A stretch of 64,000 nucleotides of DNA, taken from positions 6,937 through 70,936 of the forward strand of contig CBFDTD010000001.1 in assembly GCA_965612745.1 (NCBI GenBank), read 5' to 3'. The notes under the pieces are model-generated. The model saw nothing but the letters and a program-made list of their open reading frames with translations, searched no databases and was not told the DNA's origin. A program made the translations under genes and the position numbers. This stretch comes from an uncultured bacterium. GTDB lineage: Bacteria > Chloroflexota > Anaerolineae > B4-G1. This document shows, one piece after another, positions 48,715-56,976 of the stretch. The first letter of the stretch is position 1; each line of letters begins with the position of its first letter.

Positions 48715-50370
48715 ATGAGCGAGGTACAACAATCATCTCCTCCCCGCATCCTGATCGTCGAAGACGATGTCGAGATGTTGGAATTGCTGCAAAACATACT
48801 GGCGCTGGTGCGTTGCCAGGTGCACATTGCGCATTCTGGCGAAGAGGCGCTCACCTTTTTGCAGCGGGAAGCGGCGGCGGGACGCGAGGTTGATCTGATC
48901 CTGCTGGATATTATGATGCCGGAAATGGACGGCTACGAGATGATTGCCAGAGTCAAGGCCGACCCTGCGCTCCGCAACACCTCGATCATTATGACCACGG
49001 CCCTTAATTCGGTCAGCGATAAAACGCTGGGCCTGGGGTTAGGGGCCGACGATTATATCACGAAACCTTTCGACCCCAGGGAATTGCTGGCGCGGATTGA
49101 CGCCGTGATGCGCATTCGTCGCAGCGAGCAGGCGCTGCGCCGGCGCAATCGAGAACTGGCGGCTCTCATCGAGATTAACCGTATGGTCACCTCCAGCCTG
49201 GATCTCGATGAGGTCCTGGAAGCGACGATGCGTGGTATCCGTGAAATCTTGCAGGTCGAGGCCGGCTCATTGGTACTGTTGGATGAGGAAACAGGCAGGT
49301 TGGTCTTCCGTAAAACGTTGAGCCCTGAGCAGGGTTGGGTTACTGGACGGACTATTCGACCGGGAGAGGGCATCGTGGGCTACGTGGTGCAATCTGGCGA
49401 GCCCAAACTCGTCAACAACGTCGAGCGTGACCCCCATTTCCTAGCCGAGGTTGACGAGGAGACAGGCTTTACTTCCCGTGCTATCCTCTGTGTGCCGTTG
49501 ACGATCCGCAATCGGGTGATCGGGGCCATCGAGGTAATCAACAAACTGGATGGAGCGTTCACCGAGCAGGACCTGGAGTTGCTGCAGGCGATGGCAGCCT
49601 CGGTCGCGGTGGCAGTGGACAACGCCAACCTGTACAGTGAGTTGGCCGACTTCGCGAAGGAATTGGAGCGTTCCCAGGCGCAACTTGTGCAGGCGGAGAA
49701 GATGGCTGCCATCGGTCGGCTGGCCGCTTCCATTGCCCACGAGATCAATAACCCCCTTCAAGCGATCCATAATAGTCTGCATTTGAGCCTGCGTGAGGGT
49801 CTCGAAGACGATAAACGCTTGCAGTATCTGAGTATGGCCCAGGCCGAGGTGCAACGGTTAATCGAAATCGTGCAGCGTATGCTGGATTTCTATCGGCCCT
49901 CGCGCGGCGGTGCGGTGCCCACCGACATCAACAGTATCGTAGAAAACGTGCTGACCCTGGCCCACAAGCGGCTGCAATATGGCGGTGTACGTGTGCTTAC
50001 TCATTTGGCCCCTGACTTGCCCCCTGTCCCTGTAGTCCCCGACCAGATCACCCAGGTGTTCTTGAACATCGTCATCAACGCCATTGAGGCCATGCCCTCG
50101 GGGGGTGACCTGCGGTTGGAGACGCTGCTTTCTGGGGATGGAGAGTGGGTGTTGACAAGTTTCCAGGACACCGGGCAAGGCATGTCGCCGGAACAAATCA
50201 CTAATCTGTTTGAGCCTTTCTATACAACCAAGCCTACCGGCACCGGACTGGGATTGGCCATCAGTTACGGGATTATCGAACGTCATGGCGGTGCGATAGA
50301 AGTATCGAGCCGACCAGGTCAAGGTGCTACCTTTGTCGTGAAGTTGCCTGTGCGCCCGGCGCTGACGTGA
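48715..50370 (+). CDS. Hybrid sensor histidine kinase: receiver, GAF, HisKA, HATPase_c. It has no TM segments.
   Basis: A receiver domain (ILIVEDD...D), a GAF region, an H-box (AHEINNPLQAI) and N/G boxes are present. Confidence 0.85.
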   Translation: MSEVQQSSPPRILIVEDDVEMLELLQNILALVRCQVHIAHSGEEALTFLQREAAAGREVDLILLDIMMPEMDGYEMIARVKADPALRNTSIIMTTALNSVSDKTLGLGLGADDYITKPFDPRELLARIDAVMRIRRSEQALRRRNRELAALIEINRMVTSSLDLDEVLEATMRGIREILQVEAGSLVLLDEETGRLVFRKTLSPEQGWVTGRTIRPGEGIVGYVVQSGEPKLVNNVERDPHFLAEVDEETGFTSRAILCVPLTIRNRVIGAIEVINKLDGAFTEQDLELLQAMAASVAVAVDNANLYSELADFAKELERSQAQLVQAEKMAAIGRLAASIAHEINNPLQAIHNSLHLSLREGLEDDKRLQYLSMAQAEVQRLIEIVQRMLDFYRPSRGGAVPTDINSIVENVLTLAHKRLQYGGVRVLTHLAPDLPPVPVVPDQITQVFLNIVINAIEAMPSGGDLRLETLLSGDGEWVLTSFQDTGQGMSPEQITNLFEPFYTTKPTGTGLGLAISYGIIERHGGAIEVSSRPGQGATFVVKLPVRPALT

Positions 50371-50380
50371 GGAGCAAGGT

Positions 50381-51199
50381 ATGGTGGAGCGGAATCAAGT
50401 AGCGCGCATTATGGTGGTGGATGATGAGCCCGTGGCACGCATCTCTCTGGCGGAAGTATTGAGGTTGGAGGGTTACCAGGTCGCCACAGCCGCCAGCGGC
50501 GAGGAGGCGTTGAGCCTGTTAAACAAAAGCGGTCCCTTTGATCTGATGGTGCTTGATCTGAAGATGCCGGGGATGGACGGGCTTGAAGTGACCGAGGTGG
50601 TACGGAAGCAATCTCCTGGCACAGTGATCATCCTGCTGACCGCTTTTGGGACGCTGGAGACGGCGATTCAGGCCATCAGGCATGGTGCGCACGACTACTT
50701 GCTGAAACCCTGTCCTATCCCTGACATTCTAGAGAGTGTGCGCAAAGGTTTGGCGAAGCGGCAGCAAGAGCAGCAGCGTCAGCATTTGGTCAGCCAGTTG
50801 AGACGGACGCTCTCCGAGTTGGTCGCAGTGGAAGGTGCGGAGATGGTTGAAAAAGCGGTATCTCCTCAGCCTGGCCGCTTCCTCCAGGTTCGCGATGTCG
50901 TGGTGGACCGTCAAAAACACGTTGTCATGCTGCGGGGACAACCGTTGGATCTGACCCCAACCGAGTTCAAAATACTGGTTTGCCTGATGGAGACACCGGA
51001 TCAGGTTTGGAGCCCGCAGGAATTGATACGGCGCGCCCAGGGATACGAAACCGACGCTTGGGGTGCGCGTGCAATCATCAGGGTTCACATTCGCCGCTTG
51101 CGCAAGAAAATGGAGACAGACCCCTCTAACCCCGAGTATATCCTCAATGTGCGTGGCGTGGGTTATATGTTTGCCAGCAGTGGCCCTAGCCAGGACTGA
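50381..51199 (+). CDS. OmpR-family response regulator
   Basis: A receiver domain plus a winged-helix domain (LTPTEFKILVCL...VRGVGYMF) are present. Confidence 0.8.
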   Translation: MVERNQVARIMVVDDEPVARISLAEVLRLEGYQVATAASGEEALSLLNKSGPFDLMVLDLKMPGMDGLEVTEVVRKQSPGTVIILLTAFGTLETAIQAIRHGAHDYLLKPCPIPDILESVRKGLAKRQQEQQRQHLVSQLRRTLSELVAVEGAEMVEKAVSPQPGRFLQVRDVVVDRQKHVVMLRGQPLDLTPTEFKILVCLMETPDQVWSPQELIRRAQGYETDAWGARAIIRVHIRRLRKKMETDPSNPEYILNVRGVGYMFASSGPSQD

Positions 51200-51287
51200 T
51201 ATTTTCCTCTTGTAACCAAATCGTAACCCCTTCGCAACCCCCAGGCGCGGCCTTCTGTGGTATGCTAGGTCAACCTTACGATGATGA

Positions 51288-51896
51288 GTGGAGGTGGGTC
51301 CCGTGGTGATGGCCTGGTTCGACAAGATTAAGATGAGTGTCGGGTGGGATAGGACCGATCAAGCAAGGCTTGCCGAACTGCGTCGCTGGCTGGACTCTGA
51401 CATCACCGAGGTGATCGAGACTCTCGGCAGGCAGTTGGCACAATTCAAAGGTACGCAGCCACTGATGGCCAATGCGCGCTTCGTCCAGCGTTTGCACGGT
51501 GTGCTCTGTGAGTGGCTAGAGGGCTTGCTCGATGGAACATTCGATGGGGAATATGTCAAGGAACGTTGGGCATTTGGACAGAAATTGATGGAGATTGATC
51601 TGACGTTTGAGGACGTTATCCTGTTGGAGGAATTGGCACGAGGGCAGTTGTTTGAATTGGCCCAGACGCGGCTGAGTGAACGACCTCAGGCACTCTCAGC
51701 CACGATGCGTACACTGGATAAGGCATTGAATCTTGACTTGACGTTGATCTACAATGGCTATCTCCAGGTTCGTGACGCCGAAATGGAGCGCATGCTGCTG
51801 GACAGATTCCTTGCGATTACTGGATTCAGCCGTACACTGTATGAAAACTTGGCGGAGGCATGGGAGTGGAGTGAAGGCGGGCCGGTAAGTGCTTGA
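51288..51896 (+). CDS. Sensor-globin (protoglobin)-like domain protein that apparently lacks the proximal histidine
   Basis: The pattern ...RLHGVLCEWLEGLLDGTFDGEYVKERWAFGQKLMEIDL... matches the globin-coupled-sensor helix E-F region, but Leu occupies the position where the heme-ligating His is expected. The call is memory-based. Confidence 0.35.
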   Translation: MEVGPVVMAWFDKIKMSVGWDRTDQARLAELRRWLDSDITEVIETLGRQLAQFKGTQPLMANARFVQRLHGVLCEWLEGLLDGTFDGEYVKERWAFGQKLMEIDLTFEDVILLEELARGQLFELAQTRLSERPQALSATMRTLDKALNLDLTLIYNGYLQVRDAEMERMLLDRFLAITGFSRTLYENLAEAWEWSEGGPVSA

Positions 51897-51930
51897 CGCG
51901 AGGGGGCTTTGTGGTAAAATGAGTGCGTCA

Positions 51931-52005
51931 GCCCCCATCGTCTAGTCTGGTCTAGGACACGGGCCTTTCAAGCCCGCGACAGGGGTTCGAATCCCCTTGG
52001 GGGCA
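51931..52005 (+). tRNA. tRNA-Glu (anticodon UUC)
   Basis: A cloverleaf was read by eye. The acceptor stem is gccccca/ugggggc, the T-arm is agggg-uucgaau-ccccu and the anticodon loop is cuUUCaa. CCA is not encoded. Confidence 0.85.
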
Positions 52006-52063
52006 CAGAGCAATGGTCAAACCCTGGCGATGAGCCGGGGTCTGTTGTTATATCGGGGGGCAA

Positions 52064-52558
52064 ATGGGACCACCAGACGAGAACGCCCTTGAGGTGATCG
52101 TCGGCCTATTGCTCAAGCAGCGCGGGTTGACGTTGGCAGTGGCCGAATCGTGCACCGGCGGATTGATTGGCCATCGCATCACCAATGTCCCCGGCAGTTC
52201 AGCCTACTACCAGGGTTCTATCACGGCTTATTCCTACGATGTCAAAGAATTGCTCCTTCACGTGCGGCATGATACGTTGTATCACTATGGCGCGGTGAGC
52301 GAGCAGACGGCGCGGGAGATGGCACGAGGTGTGGGGCGAGCCTTTCGCGCCGACATAGGGCTGGCCGTGACCGGCATCGCTGGGCCAGGAGGTGGCATGC
52401 CGGAGAAGCCTGTGGGGCTGGTCTACATCGCGCTGGCTGCACCGGACGGCGAGTGGGTAGAACGGCACGTGTGGAGTGGCAACCGCTGGGAGAATAAAGC
52501 GCGCTCGGCCGAGGCAGCACTCGACCTGTTACGGCGCTATCTGGAGGGGCAGTTGTGA
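52064..52558 (+). CDS. pncC: CinA-family nicotinamide-nucleotide amidohydrolase (PncC-like, C-terminal domain only)
   Basis: The CinA C-terminal pattern is present (TLAVAESCTGGLIGHRITNVPGSS...GLVYIAL). Confidence 0.8.
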   Translation: MGPPDENALEVIVGLLLKQRGLTLAVAESCTGGLIGHRITNVPGSSAYYQGSITAYSYDVKELLLHVRHDTLYHYGAVSEQTAREMARGVGRAFRADIGLAVTGIAGPGGGMPEKPVGLVYIALAAPDGEWVERHVWSGNRWENKARSAEAALDLLRRYLEGQL

Positions 52559-52806
52559 TGGCCATGAGCGAAGCGACGGCTGTTGAGGCCCACTTCAGCA
52601 TAGCAGGTGAGATCACACCCCGCCGCTTCACCTGGCAAACAGGCACGCTGCTGGTGGAGGGGGTGGGCCGCCGTTGGAAGGAGGGAGACGAGCGTTGCTT
52701 TGCCGTCCTGGCAGCAGGCGGGCGGGCCTTTGAGTTGCGGTTGGACGAGAAAACACTTCGCTGGCGGATCTCCCGTGCCCCGGTGCTCAGGCCGGCCGCA
52801 GCGTAG
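52555..52806 (+). CDS. Hypothetical small protein (its start overlaps the pncC stop, TGATG)
   Basis: The call rests only on coding-like composition and the overlap. Confidence 0.3.
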   Translation: MMAMSEATAVEAHFSIAGEITPRRFTWQTGTLLVEGVGRRWKEGDERCFAVLAAGGRAFELRLDEKTLRWRISRAPVLRPAAA

Positions 52807-52930
52807 CAACCCTGTCCCTTCCATAGAGTTCCCTATCCTCCCGAGTGGTAACATTTTCGGGTAGCAGGTCAACCCCTGTTAGCACGCCTCGCATTACCTG
52901 ACGAGGCCGGATAAACCAAATGGAAGTGCA

Positions 52931-54325
52931 ATGAAACGTATACTGAGCATTGTGAGCAGCCTGTTGGGTCTGTTGGCACTGGGAGTGTTAGTAGCCATCC
53001 TAGTTCTTACCTTCAGAGGATTAGAGGGAGAGGTAGAACCGACTTTCCAATCATCGCTGGTGGCTATTGGGACCGAGACATCACCCTCTTCTTCTCTGCC
53101 TGAAACATTAACGCCTTCTAGCCCACCGGTCACACCCACAGCGTTGGCGACGTCGGTTTCTCTTTGTACCTTTGCGGGTCATCCTGCGACCATCGAACCG
53201 GGCCCATCGCTGGATGCTTTCATCTTCTCCGAGCCGGAGGTGGTATTGACCCACACCTCGGCTATTGGCATTGCCGGCTGGCTGCCGGATGGAGAGCGAC
53301 TGCTTATCACCCGCGACATACCCGGTACTAACCGCCAGAGTATCGAAACCTTCAACACCCGCACCGGTGAAATTCAAGTCTATGCGCAACGTGAAGGGGC
53401 TAACGGGAAACCGGTCTGGTTGCCGACTTTAAGGGCTGTTGCATATGTTACCCTTATAGAACGCTATCATGAGTTGTGGATAAGCCATGGAGTTTCTCAA
53501 CTAACAGAGCGTCTTGTGCCAAATGTATGGGGACCATCCCTAGCAGTTGAACCGGATGGAAAGCACTTGTGGTACTTTTCCCGCACAAATCCCGACTGTC
53601 CTCAGCGATTGAACGTGGAAACTAGGGAAGCGCAGCTGGTGTCATTAGATCTTGCTTCACTGCGATATCCCAAGTATCCAAAGCCAATACAGTCCATGCT
53701 CAGACCGTCACCCTTTCAAATTGCTCAACATCCCGATGGTTCTCAATTAGTGTTTTATACTCAGCCATGGACCTTCTTATTTGACAAGAGAACCAATCAA
53801 GCCTGTGAGATAGATTTGGGGCAGTCTGAGCCGGAGAATATGCCGATTTGGGCAATAGAAACACAATGGAGTCCCAATGGACGTTACCTGGCCCTTATTA
53901 CTACGGGCAGTTTCCCAGGCCAAGCTAGTGGTGTAGGAGCAGCGCTCCTTCATACTAACCTTATGGTGTTAGATACGAAAACAGGCGATCTGCGCACACT
54001 GCAAATAGCTCCTGACATTAACAATGGGCAACATTACGTAACAGACATGTCCTGGGCACCTGATAGTCGCCACTTGGCCGTCTTAGGAGTAGTTCGCATA
54101 ACAGAGACCGGCTCCGAAAAAGAAGGGGCATTCGTCGTAGATGTGTCCAGCGGTGAATTCCAACGAGTCCTATCTGGACATGAGCTTGGTGGTGGATTAT
54201 GGGGCTGGCAGATTGCTTGGAGTCTTTCTGGTTCACAATTGGCCGTGAACTGTCCTACTCCTGAGGAAGGAAGGCTCTGTATCATCTCTGTTGAACCTAA
54301 AGACACTAGGGAAGAACAACCATGA
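52931..54325 (+). CDS. Secreted or membrane-anchored beta-propeller (TolB/PD40-like) repeat protein
   Basis: An N-terminal TM helix is followed by repeated W(S/A)P(N/D)G(R)xLA motifs (WSPNGRYLAL, WAPDSRHLAV). Confidence 0.5.
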   Translation: MKRILSIVSSLLGLLALGVLVAILVLTFRGLEGEVEPTFQSSLVAIGTETSPSSSLPETLTPSSPPVTPTALATSVSLCTFAGHPATIEPGPSLDAFIFSEPEVVLTHTSAIGIAGWLPDGERLLITRDIPGTNRQSIETFNTRTGEIQVYAQREGANGKPVWLPTLRAVAYVTLIERYHELWISHGVSQLTERLVPNVWGPSLAVEPDGKHLWYFSRTNPDCPQRLNVETREAQLVSLDLASLRYPKYPKPIQSMLRPSPFQIAQHPDGSQLVFYTQPWTFLFDKRTNQACEIDLGQSEPENMPIWAIETQWSPNGRYLALITTGSFPGQASGVGAALLHTNLMVLDTKTGDLRTLQIAPDINNGQHYVTDMSWAPDSRHLAVLGVVRITETGSEKEGAFVVDVSSGEFQRVLSGHELGGGLWGWQIAWSLSGSQLAVNCPTPEEGRLCIISVEPKDTREEQP

Positions 54326-55686
54326 ACCTGAGAAGACACTTTGGCTTCTTGATCTTGCTTTTTCTGTTCAACACATCTAGGGCTATCGTTCCACAAGCCA
54401 TCGTAGCTCGATCCTCCTTAACTTACTCGCCACCTTCTCAAATAAGTGTTTGGATGTACTGGCTCACGCCAGACGGTGCGCGTAGAATACCCTATACCCT
54501 TTGTGCATCTGGACATACAACCTGGGGGTGCACTGCCTTTTGCGATGAGTCAGGTTATCCATGTGATTGGAGTCAAACTATCGCTTATCCTTATACGACT
54601 AACCCTGCTACCGTTTCCATAGAAACCGATTACCTCTTGGACGTGCTGCCCCAAGAGATGGGAACATATTACCATCCCACCGCTTTGCAAGCCCAGGCCA
54701 TCGCTGCTCGCACTTATGCCTACTGGCATATCAACCAGGGCAGCGCCATCAATAACTCCACCGAGTTCCAGGTCTTCATCCCCTACAAGTTCGAAAGCCT
54801 GTACCCAGCCACCTTCCCTGATAACACAGGTAACCCTTGTGCCAGCAGCAATCTCAACACCGACCAACGTATCGTCTGCAACGCCGTTGCCTCACAATAC
54901 TACATCTCCTACGGCACATCCCCCAACGACGACCTTCCGGCCTTCACCGAGTTTTTCGCCGACGCCTGGGGGCAAACGGCGTCGGGCAGCCAGCCCTACC
55001 TTCTGGGCGTGGAAGACCCCATCAGCACCGGTTGCGATGCCGATGATGATGGGCACGGGCGTGGGATGAGCCAGGATGGGGCCGGTCGCTGGGCGCGGGG
55101 CAATCGGTGTTCTCACACAGGAGCCGGTGATGACCGGTGGAGTGTGCGCTGGGGACACGCCGAACAGATTCTGACCCATTACTACACCGGTATCCACATC
55201 CGTGACCGCGACGGCAATCGCCTCACACCGGAGTACCGCTGGGTGCCTCTTGAAGTGAACTGGCACACGCCGGACAACCGGGTGCCGATTATGTACCACG
55301 ACCGCAGTTACGAGGTCACCTTCCGCGTTCAGAATTCCGGGACGATCACCTGGCCGGGTACTGGGCAGGTCTACTTGTGGTATCACGGCTGGGAGCAAAC
55401 CAAGCGTGGGGGAGAGGTAAGGTCGCTTGCAGCGCTGGAGCCGGGTGGGGTCAGGGAGGAGACTGTGATCTTGTATCCACCGGTTGCTCCGCATCCTGGG
55501 ACGCCTTATCGCTTGCGGTTTGAGATGTTTCTGGAGGTTGATGATGAGGGGATAGGATTCAGTGAGATAGAGCGGGGGCGTCCGTGGTACACCTATGATG
55601 TGGTGGTGTGTGTGGATGGGCCTTGTGCGACGTATCTTCCGCTGGTAACTGCCCAGCCGCTCATACCGGATCGCCGGATTCGGTAG
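54322..55686 (+). CDS. SpoIID/LytB-domain protein with an extra C-terminal beta-rich domain
   Basis: The SpoIID pattern is present (LQAQAIAARTYAYWH..., ...QPYLLGVEDP..., GHGRGMSQDGAGRWARG). The start overlaps the preceding stop (ATGA). Confidence 0.65.
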   Translation: MNLRRHFGFLILLFLFNTSRAIVPQAIVARSSLTYSPPSQISVWMYWLTPDGARRIPYTLCASGHTTWGCTAFCDESGYPCDWSQTIAYPYTTNPATVSIETDYLLDVLPQEMGTYYHPTALQAQAIAARTYAYWHINQGSAINNSTEFQVFIPYKFESLYPATFPDNTGNPCASSNLNTDQRIVCNAVASQYYISYGTSPNDDLPAFTEFFADAWGQTASGSQPYLLGVEDPISTGCDADDDGHGRGMSQDGAGRWARGNRCSHTGAGDDRWSVRWGHAEQILTHYYTGIHIRDRDGNRLTPEYRWVPLEVNWHTPDNRVPIMYHDRSYEVTFRVQNSGTITWPGTGQVYLWYHGWEQTKRGGEVRSLAALEPGGVREETVILYPPVAPHPGTPYRLRFEMFLEVDDEGIGFSEIERGRPWYTYDVVVCVDGPCATYLPLVTAQPLIPDRRIR

Positions 55687-55764
55687 CCGGGGTGCTCAAG
55701 GATGTCATTTCGCGACTGAGAACCATCAAAGACCGGTATCTGCGTCGCTGTGGGGGGTTAGGCC

Positions 55765-56772
55765 GTGGTGGCTGCTACGTTGCGTGGGAGGCATACCCAG
55801 AATGGGTTGCGTCCTTTTGATCCCTACCGTGATCTCGGACCTGTCGCTGAATTGACTGCCGTTGCTTTTGGTGACAAACTGGACCCCGCTGGCCAGATGG
55901 CGCTGGCGGAGATGCGCCGCATTGCTCGCAGAGGCCCGCTGTTGTGGTGGCTCTGCGGGCCCGTGCGAAGTGGTGCGGATGTCGCACCGGGCTTTGTGTG
56001 GGTCGAGGAGGGGCGTGTGGTGGGCAACGTCTCACTGCGGCGCGCGCTGGAGTGGGGCGGTTTCTTTGTTGGCAATGTGGCCGTCCATCCCGATTGGCGG
56101 GGACGTGGCATTGCCACCGCCTTGATGGAGGCGGCACTGAAGGAAATCTCCGCACGAGGCGGATGCTGGGTGGGGCTGGAGGTGCGGGCTGATAACCAGG
56201 TGGCGCGTCGGCTTTACGAGTGCCTGGGTTTTCGTGAGGTCGGCAGAACACTGCACATGCTGCGTCCGGCGGGTCTGCCGTGGGCCGGAAGTCCACCGCC
56301 GCATCCCTTGCTGCGTCGGGGGCGTAGCAGTGATGGCGCGGCGTTAATCGAGCTGGTGCGTACTATCGTCCCCAAACCCCAGCGCCCGCTGCTGGAACTG
56401 CGAAGGAGAGACTATCGGCCGGGCTGGGAGCGCGCCCTCGATCTCTGGCTCGAAGGGCGGCGTGAGGTCTGGTGGGTGGTCGAGGAAGACGGCGCAATTT
56501 GCGGAGCGGTGCGGGTGTTGCGCGAGCGTGGACGTCGTCCGGATCGGCTGGAGGTACTGGTGGCGCCTGAGTGTGGTGGTCGTTTTGAGACCATACTGGT
56601 GCGGCAGGGGATAGTTAGCCTGCGTGGCGCTCCCAAGAAGACGGTCGAGACCGTGTTGCCTAGTCCCACAGAGCCGCTGGTCATGGCGTTGGAGGCGGCT
56701 GGTTTCCAAAAACTGCGCGTGCTGGTACAAATGCGGCTGGACCTGGCACATCGCATTCCGGTGAGGGGTTAG
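55765..56772 (+). CDS. GNAT-family N-acetyltransferase (two-domain)
   Basis: The acetyl-CoA motif is present (VAVHPDWRGRGIATALMEAALKEI...LYECLGF). The start position is uncertain. Confidence 0.7.
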   Translation: MVAATLRGRHTQNGLRPFDPYRDLGPVAELTAVAFGDKLDPAGQMALAEMRRIARRGPLLWWLCGPVRSGADVAPGFVWVEEGRVVGNVSLRRALEWGGFFVGNVAVHPDWRGRGIATALMEAALKEISARGGCWVGLEVRADNQVARRLYECLGFREVGRTLHMLRPAGLPWAGSPPPHPLLRRGRSSDGAALIELVRTIVPKPQRPLLELRRRDYRPGWERALDLWLEGRREVWWVVEEDGAICGAVRVLRERGRRPDRLEVLVAPECGGRFETILVRQGIVSLRGAPKKTVETVLPSPTEPLVMALEAAGFQKLRVLVQMRLDLAHRIPVRG

Positions 56773-56801
56773 GTTAGTTTGCGGTGCGAAACTCGACGGA
56801 G

Positions 56802-56850
56802 GCCCCGATTTAGCGGGGTTTTCCCGGCTGAAGCCGGGCCTCCAACCGAG
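56802..56850. repeat. REP-like double-hairpin element (ccccgatttagcgggg / cccggctgaagccggg)
   Basis: It is a family member of the elements at 6128 and 31740. Confidence 0.45.
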
Positions 56851-56867
56851 AACTAGGTCAAGATACT

Positions 56868-56895
56868 TTTGACAAATTGGTTTTCCGTGTTATAA
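56868..56895 (+). promoter_or_regulatory. Strong sigma70-type promoter for rpoB: TTGACA, 16 nt, then an extended -10 TGTTATAAT
   Basis: The hexamers are read directly, and the element lies about 80 nt upstream of the rpoB ATG in an AT-rich leader. Confidence 0.5.
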
Positions 56896-56976
56896 TTTTT
56901 ATTCACCGATTTTGCATCGTGACATAAATACATCTTGCATGATCCGAGGGACCAGTGAGGAGAGGGAAATATAGTT

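Noticed and set aside
51931-52005. Possibility of an integrated element at tRNA-Glu
   Set aside because: No integrase, no repeat of the tRNA 3' end and only ordinary housekeeping genes (pncC and cell-envelope proteins) lie downstream.
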